Position numbers and translations under genes: made by a program. The notes under the pieces are model-generated. The model was not told where the DNA came from. It ran no database searches and saw only the letters and a list, made by a program, of their open reading frames with translations. A stretch of 64,000 nucleotides of DNA from the human T2T-CHM13v2.0 reference genome, Homo sapiens. Positions 52,620 to 64,000 of the stretch are shown here, in pieces. The stretch lies in assembly GCF_009914755.1 (NCBI RefSeq), contig NC_060935.1, one strand, 5' to 3'. How positions within the stretch are numbered: position 1 is the first letter of the stretch; each line of letters begins with the position of its first letter.

Positions 52620-53500
52620 TAAACCTCAAAGAGAGATTAAAATTATCGTTAAGATAAAATGATAGAATACTTAGAAACCCCAAAGACCTACCTGAAAAAC
52701 AACTGCAGAAGTCAAACAGTTTAGAGAGGTGGCTGGACAAAAGAAAAACCTGCAAAAATTAATAGATTGTCTTTACACTAGAAATAACCACTTAAATATT
52801 GAAATTTTTAAAAAAATCAAAATAACAGCAAAACTATAAATGTTTAATAAGAAGCATTTTAAAAGGACTGAATACTTTGAAAAATTATGTTCTTGAATGC
52901 GAATTTACAAAATCATAAAATTGCAAGTTTCTGCAAATTAACACATAATTGTGATGCAATTCCATTTAGAATCTCAACAGCATTTCGGAAGTCATGCAAT
53001 AAAATTACTCTAAAATGCATATAGATAGATGAATAATTGCATAAAAATGCCAAGAAAGTCTAGAAGTTACATAGTGATTGAGGAGGATCAGATAATTTGC
53101 TGCACTAGATATTAAAACTTGTTATTAGGCTATTATAATAAAAATAGTACAGTATTTACACACTAAAAGGAAAATTTAACTAAGCACAGAATAGAGAGTT
53201 GAAAAATAAATCTAAGTATAAGTGAACACATATTATTTTGTAGGTGATAACATGACCAGTCAATAGAGAAAAGATGAAATTGGAAAAAAACAGTATTAAA
53301 TCAATAAGCTATTGATTTCCAAGAAAATAATAATGGACACCTACTTTGTACCACAAATAAAAATAAATCACAGATGAAGTATGTGTACATAAAAACCATT
53401 AAAATTAGCATAAAATATAGAACTAATATATTATTTACATAAGCAACAGAGAAAACCAAGAAGGAGGAAAGATAGAAAGACATTTTATGTCACAAATATT
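52620..53500 (+). mobile_element. Very old L1 (L1ME-like) ORF2 fragment
   Basis: A-rich degenerate L1 ORF2 motifs. Confidence 0.55.
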
Positions 53501-53539
53501 TGCACTTTTTATACAATACAGGCTGAGACAACAATAGCC

Positions 53540-56500
53540 TAAAGAGTTAAAATACTGCCCCAGTGGGCTGAGGGAGTGGGGTCCCCACCCCAGGGTGACA
53601 AAGAATAGGGCTGTCCCCTAGCTGACTCAGAAGACAGAACCACAGAGGATTATCCTCAGGCCTCAAAAATCTAACAAAATTTTCTCTATTGGGTTTTGGA
53701 CTTGCTTAGGTCTGCTGCCCACTTCTTTCTTTCTTATTTTCTCTATTGGAAATCGAAATGACTATCCTCTGCCAGTCCCACCATTGTATTTTAGAAGTAG
53801 ATTACTAGTTTTCTGGCTTCACAAGTCCACAGATAGTGAGGAATTTTTGCCCCAAGATGAATCATGCTATAAGTGATGATTTCTAGCATGAATCTAGATG
53901 CTATAACTGATTTAGATGATGAGATTTGAGGATTTTTGATTTTATAATATTTAGGAAAAGTTTGGACATAGAGTTGATTCTAGAGTGGGTTACAACTTTC
54001 GGAGATGTTGAAATTAGCTGAATATATTTTGCACATGGGAAGGACATGAATTGAGGGGAACTAGAGGCAGACTGTTATGGGTTGAATTGTGATACCGAAA
54101 CATATATGTTGCAGTCCTAACCCATGGCACCTCAGAATGTGACATTTTGGGGGAATGGGATTATTCCAGGTATAATAAGCTAAATTAAGATGAGGTCATA
54201 CAGGGGTAGGTAGGTCATTAATCCAGTATGATTGGTATTCTTATAAGAGAGAAATTTGGACATAGGTACATAAGGAAGATGGCACTGTGTATTAGTTCAT
54301 TTTTACACTGCTATAAAGAACTGACTGAGACAGAGTAATTTATAAAGGAAAGAGGTTTAATTGACTCACAGTTTTGCATGGCTCGGGAGGTCTCACAAAA
54401 CTTATAGTCATGACAGAAGGCAAAGGAGAAGCAAGTACCTTCTTCACAAGGAGGCAGGAGAGAGAGCAAAAGGGGAACAGCTACAGACTTTTAAACCACC
54501 ATATCTCATGAGAACTCACTCACTACCATGAAACAGCATGGGGGAGCCACTCCCATGATCCAATTACCTCCCACCAGGTCCCTCCCTCAACACGTGGGGA
54601 TTACAATTCGAGATGAGATTTGGGTGGGGACACAGAGCCAAACCATATTATTCCATCCCTGGCCCCTCCCAAACTTCATCTCCTGCTCACATTTCAAAAC
54701 ACAATCATGCCCTCCCAGCAGTCCTCCAAAGTCTTAACTCATTCCAGCATTAATTCAAAAGTCTAAGTTCAAAGTCTCACCTGAGACAAGGAAATTTCCT
54801 TCCACTGAGCCTGTAAAATCAAAAACAAGTTAGTTACTTCCAAGGTACAATGGGGGTACAAGCATTAGGTAAATGTTCCCATTCCAAATGGGACAAATTG
54901 GCCAAAACAAAGGGGCCACAGGTCCCATGCAAGTCTGAAACCCAGTAGGGCTGTTATTAAATTCTAAAGCTTCAAAATGATCTCCTTTGGCTCCATGTCT
55001 CACATCTGGGGTACACAGATGCAAGAGGTGGGCTCCCAAGGCCTTGGGCAGCTCCACCCCTGTGGCTCTGCAGGGTAAAGCCTCTGCAGCTGTTTTCATA
55101 GGCTGATGCTGAGTGCCTGCAGCTTTTCCAGGTGCGTTGTAGAGGCTGTCAGTGGATTTACCATTCTTGGGTCTGGAGAATGGTGGCCCTCTTCTCACGG
55201 GTCTAGTGGGCAGTGCCCCAGTGGGGACTCTGTGGGGGCCTCAACCCCACATTTCCCCTCTGCAGTGCCCTAGTAGAAGTTCTCCATGAGGGCTCCAACC
55301 CTGTCACAGCCTTCTTCCTGGACATCCAGGCATTTTCATACATCCTCTGAAATCTAGGTGGAGCCCACCAAGCCTCAACTCCTGACCTCGGTGCACCCAC
55401 AGGCCCAACACCATGTGAAAGCCACCAAGGCTTGGGGCTTGCTCCCTCTGAAGCAACAGCCCAAGCTGTACCTTGGCCCCTTTTAGCCACAGCTGGAGCT
55501 GGTGTGGCTGGGAAGCAGGGCCCCAAGTCCCGAGACTGCACAGAGCAGCAGCAGGGGCCCTGGACCTGGGCCACAAAACCATTTTTTCCTCCTAGGCCTC
55601 CAGGCCTGTGATGGGAGGGGCTACAGTGAAGATGTTTGACATGCCCTGGAGACATTTTCCCCATTGTCTTGGCTATTAATATTTGGTTCCTTGTTACTTA
55701 TGCAAATTTCTGCAGCTGGCTTGAATTTATCCCCAGAAAATGAGTTTTTCTTTTATACCATGTATCAGGCTGCAAATTTTCCAAATTTCTATGCTTTGCT
55801 TCCCTTTTAAACACAACTTCCAGTTTCAGATAATCTCTTTGCTCACACATATGTGAACACACCTCTAGAAAAAAACAGGTCACCTCTTAAACACTTTGCT
55901 GCTTAGAAATTTCTTCCACCAGATACCCTAAATCATCTCTCTCAAGTTCAAAGTTCCACAAATCTCTAGGGCAGGGCAAAATGCCACCAGTCTCTCTGCT
56001 AAAGCATAGCAAGACTGACCTTTGCTCCAGTTCCCAAAAAGTTCCTCATCTCCATCTGAAACCACCTCAGCCTGGACTTCATTGTCCATATCACTATCAG
56101 CATTTCAGTCAAAAGCATTCAACGAGTCTCTAGGAAGTTCCTAACTTTCCCACATCTTCCTGTCTTCTTTTAAGCCCTTCAAACTCTTCCAACTTCTGCC
56201 TATTTCCCAGTTCCAAAGTTGCTTCCACATTTTCAGGCTATCTTTATACCAGTACCCCACTCCTGGTACCAATTTCCTGTGTTAGTCCATTTTCACACTG
56301 CTATAAAGAGCTGCCTGAGACTGGGTAATTTATAAAGTAAAGAGGGTTAATTGGCTCACAGTTTCACATGGCTGGGGAAGCCTCAGGAAATGTACAATCA
56401 TGGCGGAAGGCAAAGGAGAAACAAGTACCTTCTTCAAAAGGAAGCAGGAGAGAGAGAGTAAAGGGGGAACTTCCACAGACTTTTCAACCATCAAGTCTCA

Positions 56501-56884
56501 TGAGAACTCACTCACTATCATGAGAACAGCATGGGTGAAACTGCCCCCATGATCTAATCACCTCCCACCAGATCCCCCCTCAACACATGGGGATTACAGT
56601 TTGAAATGAGATTTAAGTGGGGACACAGAGATGAACCATATCACCATCTGAACATAGAGGCAGAGATAGGAGTTATACTATTACAAGTCAAAAACACCTG
56701 GGGCTACCAGAACCTGGATGAGACAAGGGAGGATTCTCTCCTATATGCCTTAGAAAGAGCATGATCCTGCCAATACATTTATTTTGAACTTTTGGCATCC
56801 AGACCCATAAAACAATAAACTTCTGTTGTGTTAAGCCACCCAGTTTGTGGTACTTTATTATATTGCCCTAGGAAATGAATACAT
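53540..56884 (+). mobile_element. MLT1 (MaLR) internal fragment plus LTR (from about 54073), split by a THE1 element
   Basis: TGTTATGGGTTGAATTGTG LTR start; AAGCCACCCAGTTTGTGGTACTTT...AATACA end. Confidence 0.75.
54288..56643 (-). mobile_element. Full-length THE1-type MaLR: LTR 54288-54650, internal, LTR 56278-56643
   Basis: Two direct about 365-bp LTRs (TGT(A/G)TTAGT...AACCATAT(T/C)A) flanking about 1.6 kb of THE1-internal sequence. Confidence 0.92.
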
Positions 56885-57058
56885 GAGGACAATATGTAAG
56901 TACTCAATAAATTTAAAACATACTTAGTTGTTATGAAAATACCCAAAAATAATCATAATTGTGTGAGACTGCTAGGATGAATATTTACTCCTGATTTTCT
57001 AAATGTTGATCTTATATAATTTTAAATGGTTAATTAATATGAAGATTTTTTTATTCAG

Positions 57059-57179
57059 ATGGTTGGTATGATGCTTTTACAATATTTACTACTCTGCACC
57101 ATCTTAGAGATGACCATTGTAATCATAATCATCCAGTGGGTTGTAAGAGCATTTCATCATGAAAAACACACTGAAGAAA
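57059..57179 (+). pseudogene. MS4A TM4 exon
   Basis: ttttttattcag|...|gtgagt, 121 nt: MVGMMLLQYLLLCTILEMTIVIIIIQWVVRAFHHEKHTEE+1 nt; LL...ILE TM4 motif. Confidence 0.92.
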
Positions 57180-60100
57180 GTGAGTAACTTTGTTTCTGGC
57201 AGTCAAATCAAGATAAAGGCAGTTTATAATAAGGGCCCTCTCTGAGAGTTCAAAGTTTAGACTTGGTGAACAGGAGTGTTGCTTCAGAAGTAAGGTCAAG
57301 TGTATCTGAAAACATGCTGAAATATCTTCTGCTTGATATTGTGTGGAATTGAAGTCAAACAACTTGCCCTGGCAAAACTATGTAGAAGTCTTTTAGACTT
57401 ACATCTCCCAGGAGATTAACAGAGGAAATATATAGACTAAAAGGGTTTCAGAGATCATACTTGTGATATGGGGATACTGACTGCTATAAACCCAAAAATT
57501 CAAATTTAGTTCTGAAATGTTGGTTTCCAACATTTGGAATATCAAATGCCTTCAGAAAATAAACATTTTAGAGGACACTGAAAAGAGTACTTCTAGAATA
57601 GAACAGTAAGAACCTCCAAAAACCCATCTCTCAATAAAAGCAATGAGAATACTGAAAAATTTGTCAAAATCAACTTTTTCAGAACTTTGGAAATTAGTCA
57701 AAGACCTATGAAAATCCAATAAGCATTTATTCAAGTTAAATGGCCAAATCATGGTAAGAACAGTGAGCTCTATGGTATTGCAGCGTGCCCTATTCCCATC
57801 CGTCTTACCCTATCTCCTCAGTAGCCTTTAAAAGTAACAGCCTTGCAACCATAGTACCTGTGGGAAAAAACGGCCTAACAACAACAGGAAAGGATAAAAT
57901 AGGATTTAAGTGCCCCAAAAAAGCCCCATTCTCAGAGAATTGTTGTTAACTTGTCTGGCAGCTCCCCAGACATCCCCACTGGCAAGACTCTTTAATTTGA
58001 TTTCATTCAGAACTCAGTCACTGTAAACAGCTTTTCTTTCTGGGATATTTGTCAGAACAATCAATAGCATTTAACAACACAGCTGCCTGAGGCAGAGATA
58101 ACAGTTGTGCCAAACAAAAGGTCACATTTTAAAAAAAAATCTGAGCAGTAAGATGTCCATAGAGTATTTTGAAATTATGACAATATCTGGAAACATAAAA
58201 GGTCACATGCATATGCTGGGATGTGTACATGCCAAGAAAAGACCTGAAAAATGTCCTAACCTCCCACCTCTGGCTGACCTGAAGAAAATCCAATTCAACC
58301 ATTCAAGTTAAATGGCCGAATCATGGTAAGAACAGTGAGCTTTGTGGTATTGTAACTTGTCCTATTCCCATCCCTCACAACCCATCTCCTGCTTTTATGA
58401 TAAAAGCAGGAAGTGATAGCTAAGGCAGAGTTGCAAACTCTCCCAGAGCTTTAAAACCTTACCCCAACACAAACACATGCAAACACGCACACACACAATC
58501 TCTCAGCAAAGTCTAGGAAACTTACTGGTTCAAAAGAATTAAGGAAATCTTTGTCCAATCACTAGCTGACCACTAAGTTAACAAAGCAGAATAACAAAGA
58601 CAATGATAAAACCAACCCCTAGAGGGCTATGATTTACAATGTTGCCACACTATATTATTTTAAATGTTCAATTTTTAACAAGTAAAAATATAAAATATGC
58701 AAGGAAACAGAGAAGTATGGCTTAAATACAGGAGAAAAAAACAGTCAATAAAAATTTTCCCCAAAGAAGTCTAAATGTTGAGGTTACTAGAAAAAAAAGG
58801 TATTTTAACTCAGCAAGTATAAATAAGTATAAAGAACTTTTAAAAACCATGTCTAAAAAAACTAAAAGTATGAACGCAATGTCTCACCAAAAAGAGAATA
58901 TTAATAGTGACATAAAATAGGAACTATTTTTCCAAAAGAACCAAATAGAAATTGTAGAGCAGAAAATTATAATAACTAAAATGAAAATTTTACTCAAGGG
59001 TCTCAACAGAAAATTTGAGCTGGCAGAAGAAATAATCCACAAACTTGACAGTAGGTCAATTGGAATTACCTAATCTATGAAACAGAATGAAGAAAAAAGA
59101 ACAGAGCTTCAGACACCTTTGAAACATCAGCAAGCATACCAAAATGTGCATAATGGTGAACACATAAGGAAAGAAGAGAGAAAGAAATAAAAAAATGGCA
59201 CAGTGAGTTTGTGAAGAAATATTGGAAAATGTATAGCTGTAAAGACTATATTTTGAATAAGTATCTGAAATCAAAAACCCAACTTTCCCCCTTAAAAAAT
59301 CAGGAAAAGAAAACTAAACCTAAAGTGAAAATAATAAAGACTAGAGTAGAACTAAATGAAATAGAAGATAGGAAAACAATAGAGAAAAACAATAAAACCA
59401 GAAGTTCCTTCTTTAAAAAGAATCCCAAAATAACAAACCATTAACCACACTGACCAAGAAAAAAAGAAAGAAGACTTAATTTACTATAATTATAAAGAAA
59501 GAACATTACTGACAATGTTATAGAAGTAAAAATATTGAACAATCATATGGCAACAAATTAGATAACCTACATAAAATGGACAAATTTCTAGAAATACAGA
59601 CATGACTGAAACTGACTCAAGAAGAAATAGAAATCTAAGTACACCTATCACAAGTTAAAGAATCAAATTAATAATCAAAAACTTTCCATAAAGAATAGCC
59701 CAGTCTCAGATAGCTACATTGTGAACTCTACCAAAGGTTTAAAGCATTAATACTAGTTATTCACAAACTTTTTCCCAAAAAAAAGAGGAGGAATAAATAC
59801 TTCCTAACTCATTCTATAAGGCTAACACTAGTTTGGTACTAAAATAAAACAAAGACATTATAATAAAAGGAAACTATAGACTAATATCCATTATGAATAT
59901 AGATGCATAAATCCTCAAAAACTATTAACAAATGGAATCTAGCAACATACAAAAAGTATTATATATCATGACCAGTTAGGATTTATCCTAAGAGTACAGA
60001 GCTGGTTCAATATATGAAAACTAATCAATGTATTCCACCTTACTAATAGAATAAAAGCCAGAAACCACATGATCACCTCAAAAGACATAGAAGAAGCATT

Positions 60101-60855
60101 TAAGAAAATTGAACACCCTTTTATGATTAAAAAAGTTGAAAAACTAGGAATAGAATGGAATTTTCTCAACCTAAATATGGGCGTTTATTAAAAATTTATA
60201 GTTAACATAATACTTGATAAAGAGACACTGAATCATTTTCTTCTTAAGATAAGAAACAAGATATCTTGTCACTTACATTCAACATTGTATTGTAGGTTCT
60301 ATCCAGGAAAATCAGGCAATAAAAAATAAAGAATTTAGTTTAATCAAGGAAAAATTAAAACTAACACTCTTTACAAATGACATTATCTGATCTCGTATAA
60401 AATGCTAAAAAAATCCATAAAAATCTAGTCGAACTAATAAATAAGTTTAACAAAATGGCAGAATACATGGCCAATATACAGAAACCAACTGTATTTTTGT
60501 ATACAAAAACACAGTTACAGTAACATCAAAAGGAATAAATATACATATACTTCACATTCAGGAATAAATTTTTAAAAAGAAGTGCGAGACTTGTCTACCA
60601 CAAACTCTAAAACATTATTGAAAGAAATTTAAGAAGATACAAACAAATGAAAAGACATCCCATGTTCATTGATAAAAGACAATATTTGAAGACAATATTA
60701 TGATGGTAATACTCCCCAACCAATTTAACACAACCCCTGTTAAATTACAGCTGGCATTTTTCAGAAATTGACAAGCTTATCCTAACATTCATATGAACAT
60801 GGAAAAGACCCAAAATAGTCAAACCAATATTAAAAAAGAAAAACAAAGTAGGAGG

Positions 60856-60891
60856 TGTTAGGTTTTGAAGGGAAGGTAAGGGTTAAAGAAA

Positions 60892-60945
<54 letters not shown>

Positions 60946-61357
60946 AAAAGGGCACCTCAGCAGCAAATGCAGGCTTTACATCCAGCATAAAACCTACAGA
61001 AGTGGGGAACCAGTGTAATGCCAGAGCCCACCGCTGCTTATAGCCTGGGGGTACTTATAGGTATGGGTGGGAGGGGTCTAGGCAGTACGGCTTGCTACCC
61101 AGCAGGATATTGATAAGATGTTCCCATGATGAGGTGGTTCTGGCCCTTGGTTTGGCAGAATGTCATTATGGTGTTCCTTGGACCTTTGCCCAGCAAGATA
61201 TAATAGGGATGTTTCTTTAGTTGGGCCTTTGTCTGCCTTGTGGTCATGTGGTTAGGCAGAATGTTTCTCACGGCCCGAACTCCTGTGAAATGTTTCACTT
61301 TGACCAAGGTCTGCAAAATAGCAGAGAATTTACAAAATGGTGCAGTTTGGACTAACA
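60856..61357 (-). mobile_element. Solo LTR (LTR32-like, ERVL) with (CA)n at about 60893-60941
   Basis: TG...CA termini (TGTTAG...CTAACA), TSD GGAGG/GGAAG; subfamily from memory. Confidence 0.7.
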
Positions 61358-61420
61358 GGAAGGCTCGCACTTCCTAGTTTCAAAAGTTACTAAAAAATTA
61401 CAGTAATCAAGAAATTGTGG

Positions 61421-61938
61421 TGTAGCAGGATGAGCCGTGGACAAAACTCCACAGACACTGAGAAAGTGAAGGAAGTAGCTTTAATCAGCTGGAAGCATCG
61501 GCAGACTAGCGTCTTAAAATCCAAGCTTGTTGAGTGCACAATTTCTGTCCCTTTTTTTTTTTTAGCGCTCACAATACTAAAGGTTTCGCATGAAAGGGTT
61601 GTGATTGATTGAGCAGTCTAGGGTGGTACCGGACAGGGGCTGCAGCTACATGCACCAGTAATCAGAGTGAAACAGAACAGAATGGAAAATTTGTTGTATG
61701 TCCTTCCACACAATGTCTGGAATCTATGGATAACATCAGTTGCTAAGTCATGGGTTGAATTTTAACCATCAGGCTAAGGTCAGGCAGGCCCAGGCCTGGT
61801 TTTGGGTCTGGTTTTGGGTCTGGTGCCTGGCGCCAGGCTGCCTGCCTTTGGTTTCGCTTCCTTGTTTCTTCTTAAAACAGGTACTGAGTATAAAACAGTA
61901 TAGAACAATATGGGGGGGTCTCTTTCTTTCTTCTCTCA
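61421..61938 (-). mobile_element. MER51-like solo LTR
   Basis: TGTAGCAGGATGAGCCG...TTCTCTCA, TSD GTGG/GTGA. Confidence 0.8.
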
Positions 61939-62894
61939 GTGATACTGCCATAATGATAGACATAAAAATCAGTAGAATAGGATCAAAAACCCAAAAATAA
62001 GTTCATACGTAGCTACTTGATTTTTGACTAGCATGACAAGACAATTCAATGGAGAAATAGTGGTCTCTTCAACAAATGGTGCCAGGACAACTGGATATCT
62101 GCATACAAAAGAATGAAGTTAGACCACTACCTCACAGAATATACACAAATTAACTAAAAATGCATAGACCTAGATTTAAGAGCTAACATTACAAAACTCT
62201 TAGAAGAAAATACAGGCATAATTATTTCTGGCCTGAATTAGTTAATGGTATATTAGCTATCACACCAAAAGCATATTTAACAAAAGAAAAATCATAGATA
62301 AATTGACCAAGGGAAGAAAACTACAGACCAACATGTCTGATGACTACGGATACAAAAATCTTCAAAAAAAAAACTAGCAAACCAAATCTAGCAACATATA
62401 AATATGATTATACAACAGGGTCAAGTGAGATTTATTACAGGAATTCAAAGTTAGTTTAACATACCAAAATCAATCAATGCAATATATTTCATTAAAATAA
62501 TAAAGGGCAAAAACATGCTCACTAAACAAAGTGATGAAAGGAAATAGATTGTAATGGCTGATGATTTTATCTCCTTACTTATCTATCTTCCCTAAATCCT
62601 TTCAAAATAGATAATTAATTCCAAAAACAAAAATCTGTAGTTTGGTGTCAACCTAAAACTCTGTCAGGAGCCAAAGGAATGGCTTGTTTGTGGAATTCCT
62701 GTAGGATAATATGTGGGGGATCATGGCAGGAAATGAGGCTGTAGAAGTACCTTGAGACCAGATCTTAATGGGGCTTAACTATACCTTATTAAAGAATTTT
62801 GAATTTAGTCTATAGATACCAGGGTGCTCTTGCAGGGTTTTTAACAACAGTGTTTCTTGATCAAACTTTTCATTTATATAATTATTTTCATTAG

Positions 62895-62974
62895 AATATT
62901 TCCTGCAGCAAGTTACAGCCCTTCCCCCCTACCCTCAACTCAAACTGCTAAATCAATCAGGAATCATCTCATGA
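62895..62974 (+). pseudogene. Candidate terminal coding exon of the MS4A pseudogene
   Basis: attattttcattag| acceptor; phase-1 continuation gives (K)YFLQQVTALPPYPQLKLLNQSGIIS*; AATAAA at 63324 downstream. No family motif confirms it. Confidence 0.35.
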
Positions 62975-64000
62975 TCATAAGACGGCTTAGGCAGCATAAT
63001 TTCCGGTTCACATCCAGCAGGAGAAACTGGCCTTTCTCAGAAGCTACAAGGAGACCTCTCTTTACTTCACTTGGCTTAATTGCCTCAGATCTGCTAATCT
63101 CTGAGTTGAGTAATAGCAAAGGGAATAGGATTACCATGAAGGATTCAGACAAATCATTTGTAGCAGGATAATTTTGAGGGAGTCAACCAGTGTCCTCAGT
63201 CATTCTGGGAGGAAAATAGAGATAGAGATAGGAAAAAGAAGAACAAAGCTAGAGATGAATATAATTAGCTGGTTGCCCCAACAGGCAAGCCAAACAATGA
63301 GTACCTAAACCTAAACAATGAAGAATAAAGAGAAGATGATAAATTTGAAAGATATTTAGGAGGCTTATTAATGTCTTGTATGTTCGTTTCACACTCAATG
63401 TTAAATCTTAGATTAAATAAAATTAGTTTAATAAACTGCTTATCCCTTATTTCTATTTCCCATACTGCTCAATAACTATTGAACATAGCTTTAAATACTA
63501 ACCTGTATTTTACTTGATTAGGAAACTATTTTTTAAATCATGTATTTTCAGTTTTGTGTGTATGCGCTTATACGATATAATATTCTGCTGTGAACTTAAA
63601 AACAAAATAGAAAAACAGAGGTTTACTCAAGAAAAGAATGACACTGTTCCCATTAGAATGGCTTCTACAGTGGCTCCCAAAAATCCTGTAGTATGAGCCA
63701 GATGGCTCTCCGCTCCAATGGTTGTTCTCTTCTGATCTAGAATATGAAGTAGAGTACCCAAGAGGAATCAGGACTCACCAGAGTCCAGTTAAAATCATTT
63801 TAAGAAGAATAATTTAGTTTAATATGTTTGTTGTAGTTCATTGAAACCTCTGGTATCTGATGAGTTATAGGTCTGATATGCCTTTGGCTAGGCCCCCCAG
63901 AACTGAGTAGGTACTGTCTTCTCAGTACACTTTTAACTAACCACATTCCAGGTTTACATATTTGTTCATTTTTTGTTGTTGTTTTGTCTTACTTTAACTC

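Larger units (their letters stand above)
57575..62520 (+). mobile_element. Old L1M (5' region, ORF1 and ORF2 remnants) hosting two solo LTRs
   Basis: Degenerate L1 ORF1/ORF2 motifs, e.g. ORF 59211-59444. Confidence 0.75.

Noticed and set aside
54528-55883. Cluster of 60-153 aa ORFs
   Set aside because: All lie within the THE1 LTR/internal sequence

Overview
Hominid (most likely human) genomic DNA; an SVA element is present and most of the window is transposable-element derived (SVA, Alu, L1, ERVL/MaLR LTRs, HSMAR2, Tigger1). Nearly all ORF-track entries are TE fragments or noise. The main result is a complete, spliceable MS4A (CD20-like, 4-transmembrane) gene on the + strand, whose exons lie in the unique islands between repeats. 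It has a CpG-rich promoter and likely non-coding exon at about 24.2-24.75 kb, then coding exons 30889-30933, 35877-36020, 37872-37925, 52285-52404 and 57059-57179, plus a candidate last exon near 62.9 kb. The five coding exons join in frame (phase 0) into 161 codons covering all four TM helices, with only two visible lesions: an in-frame TGA in TM1 and an AG>AC splice acceptor. A paralogous, intact 120-nt MS4A TM3 exon at 5436-5555 belongs to a second, upstream MS4A (pseudo)gene. From memory, this matches the 11q12 MS4A cluster between MS4A13 and MS4A8 (MS4A19P followed by the 'lncRNA' LINC00301/C11orf64). That locus assignment is recalled, not verified. Repeat subfamily names are by-eye calls, and boundaries without a quoted TSD/TIR are approximate.
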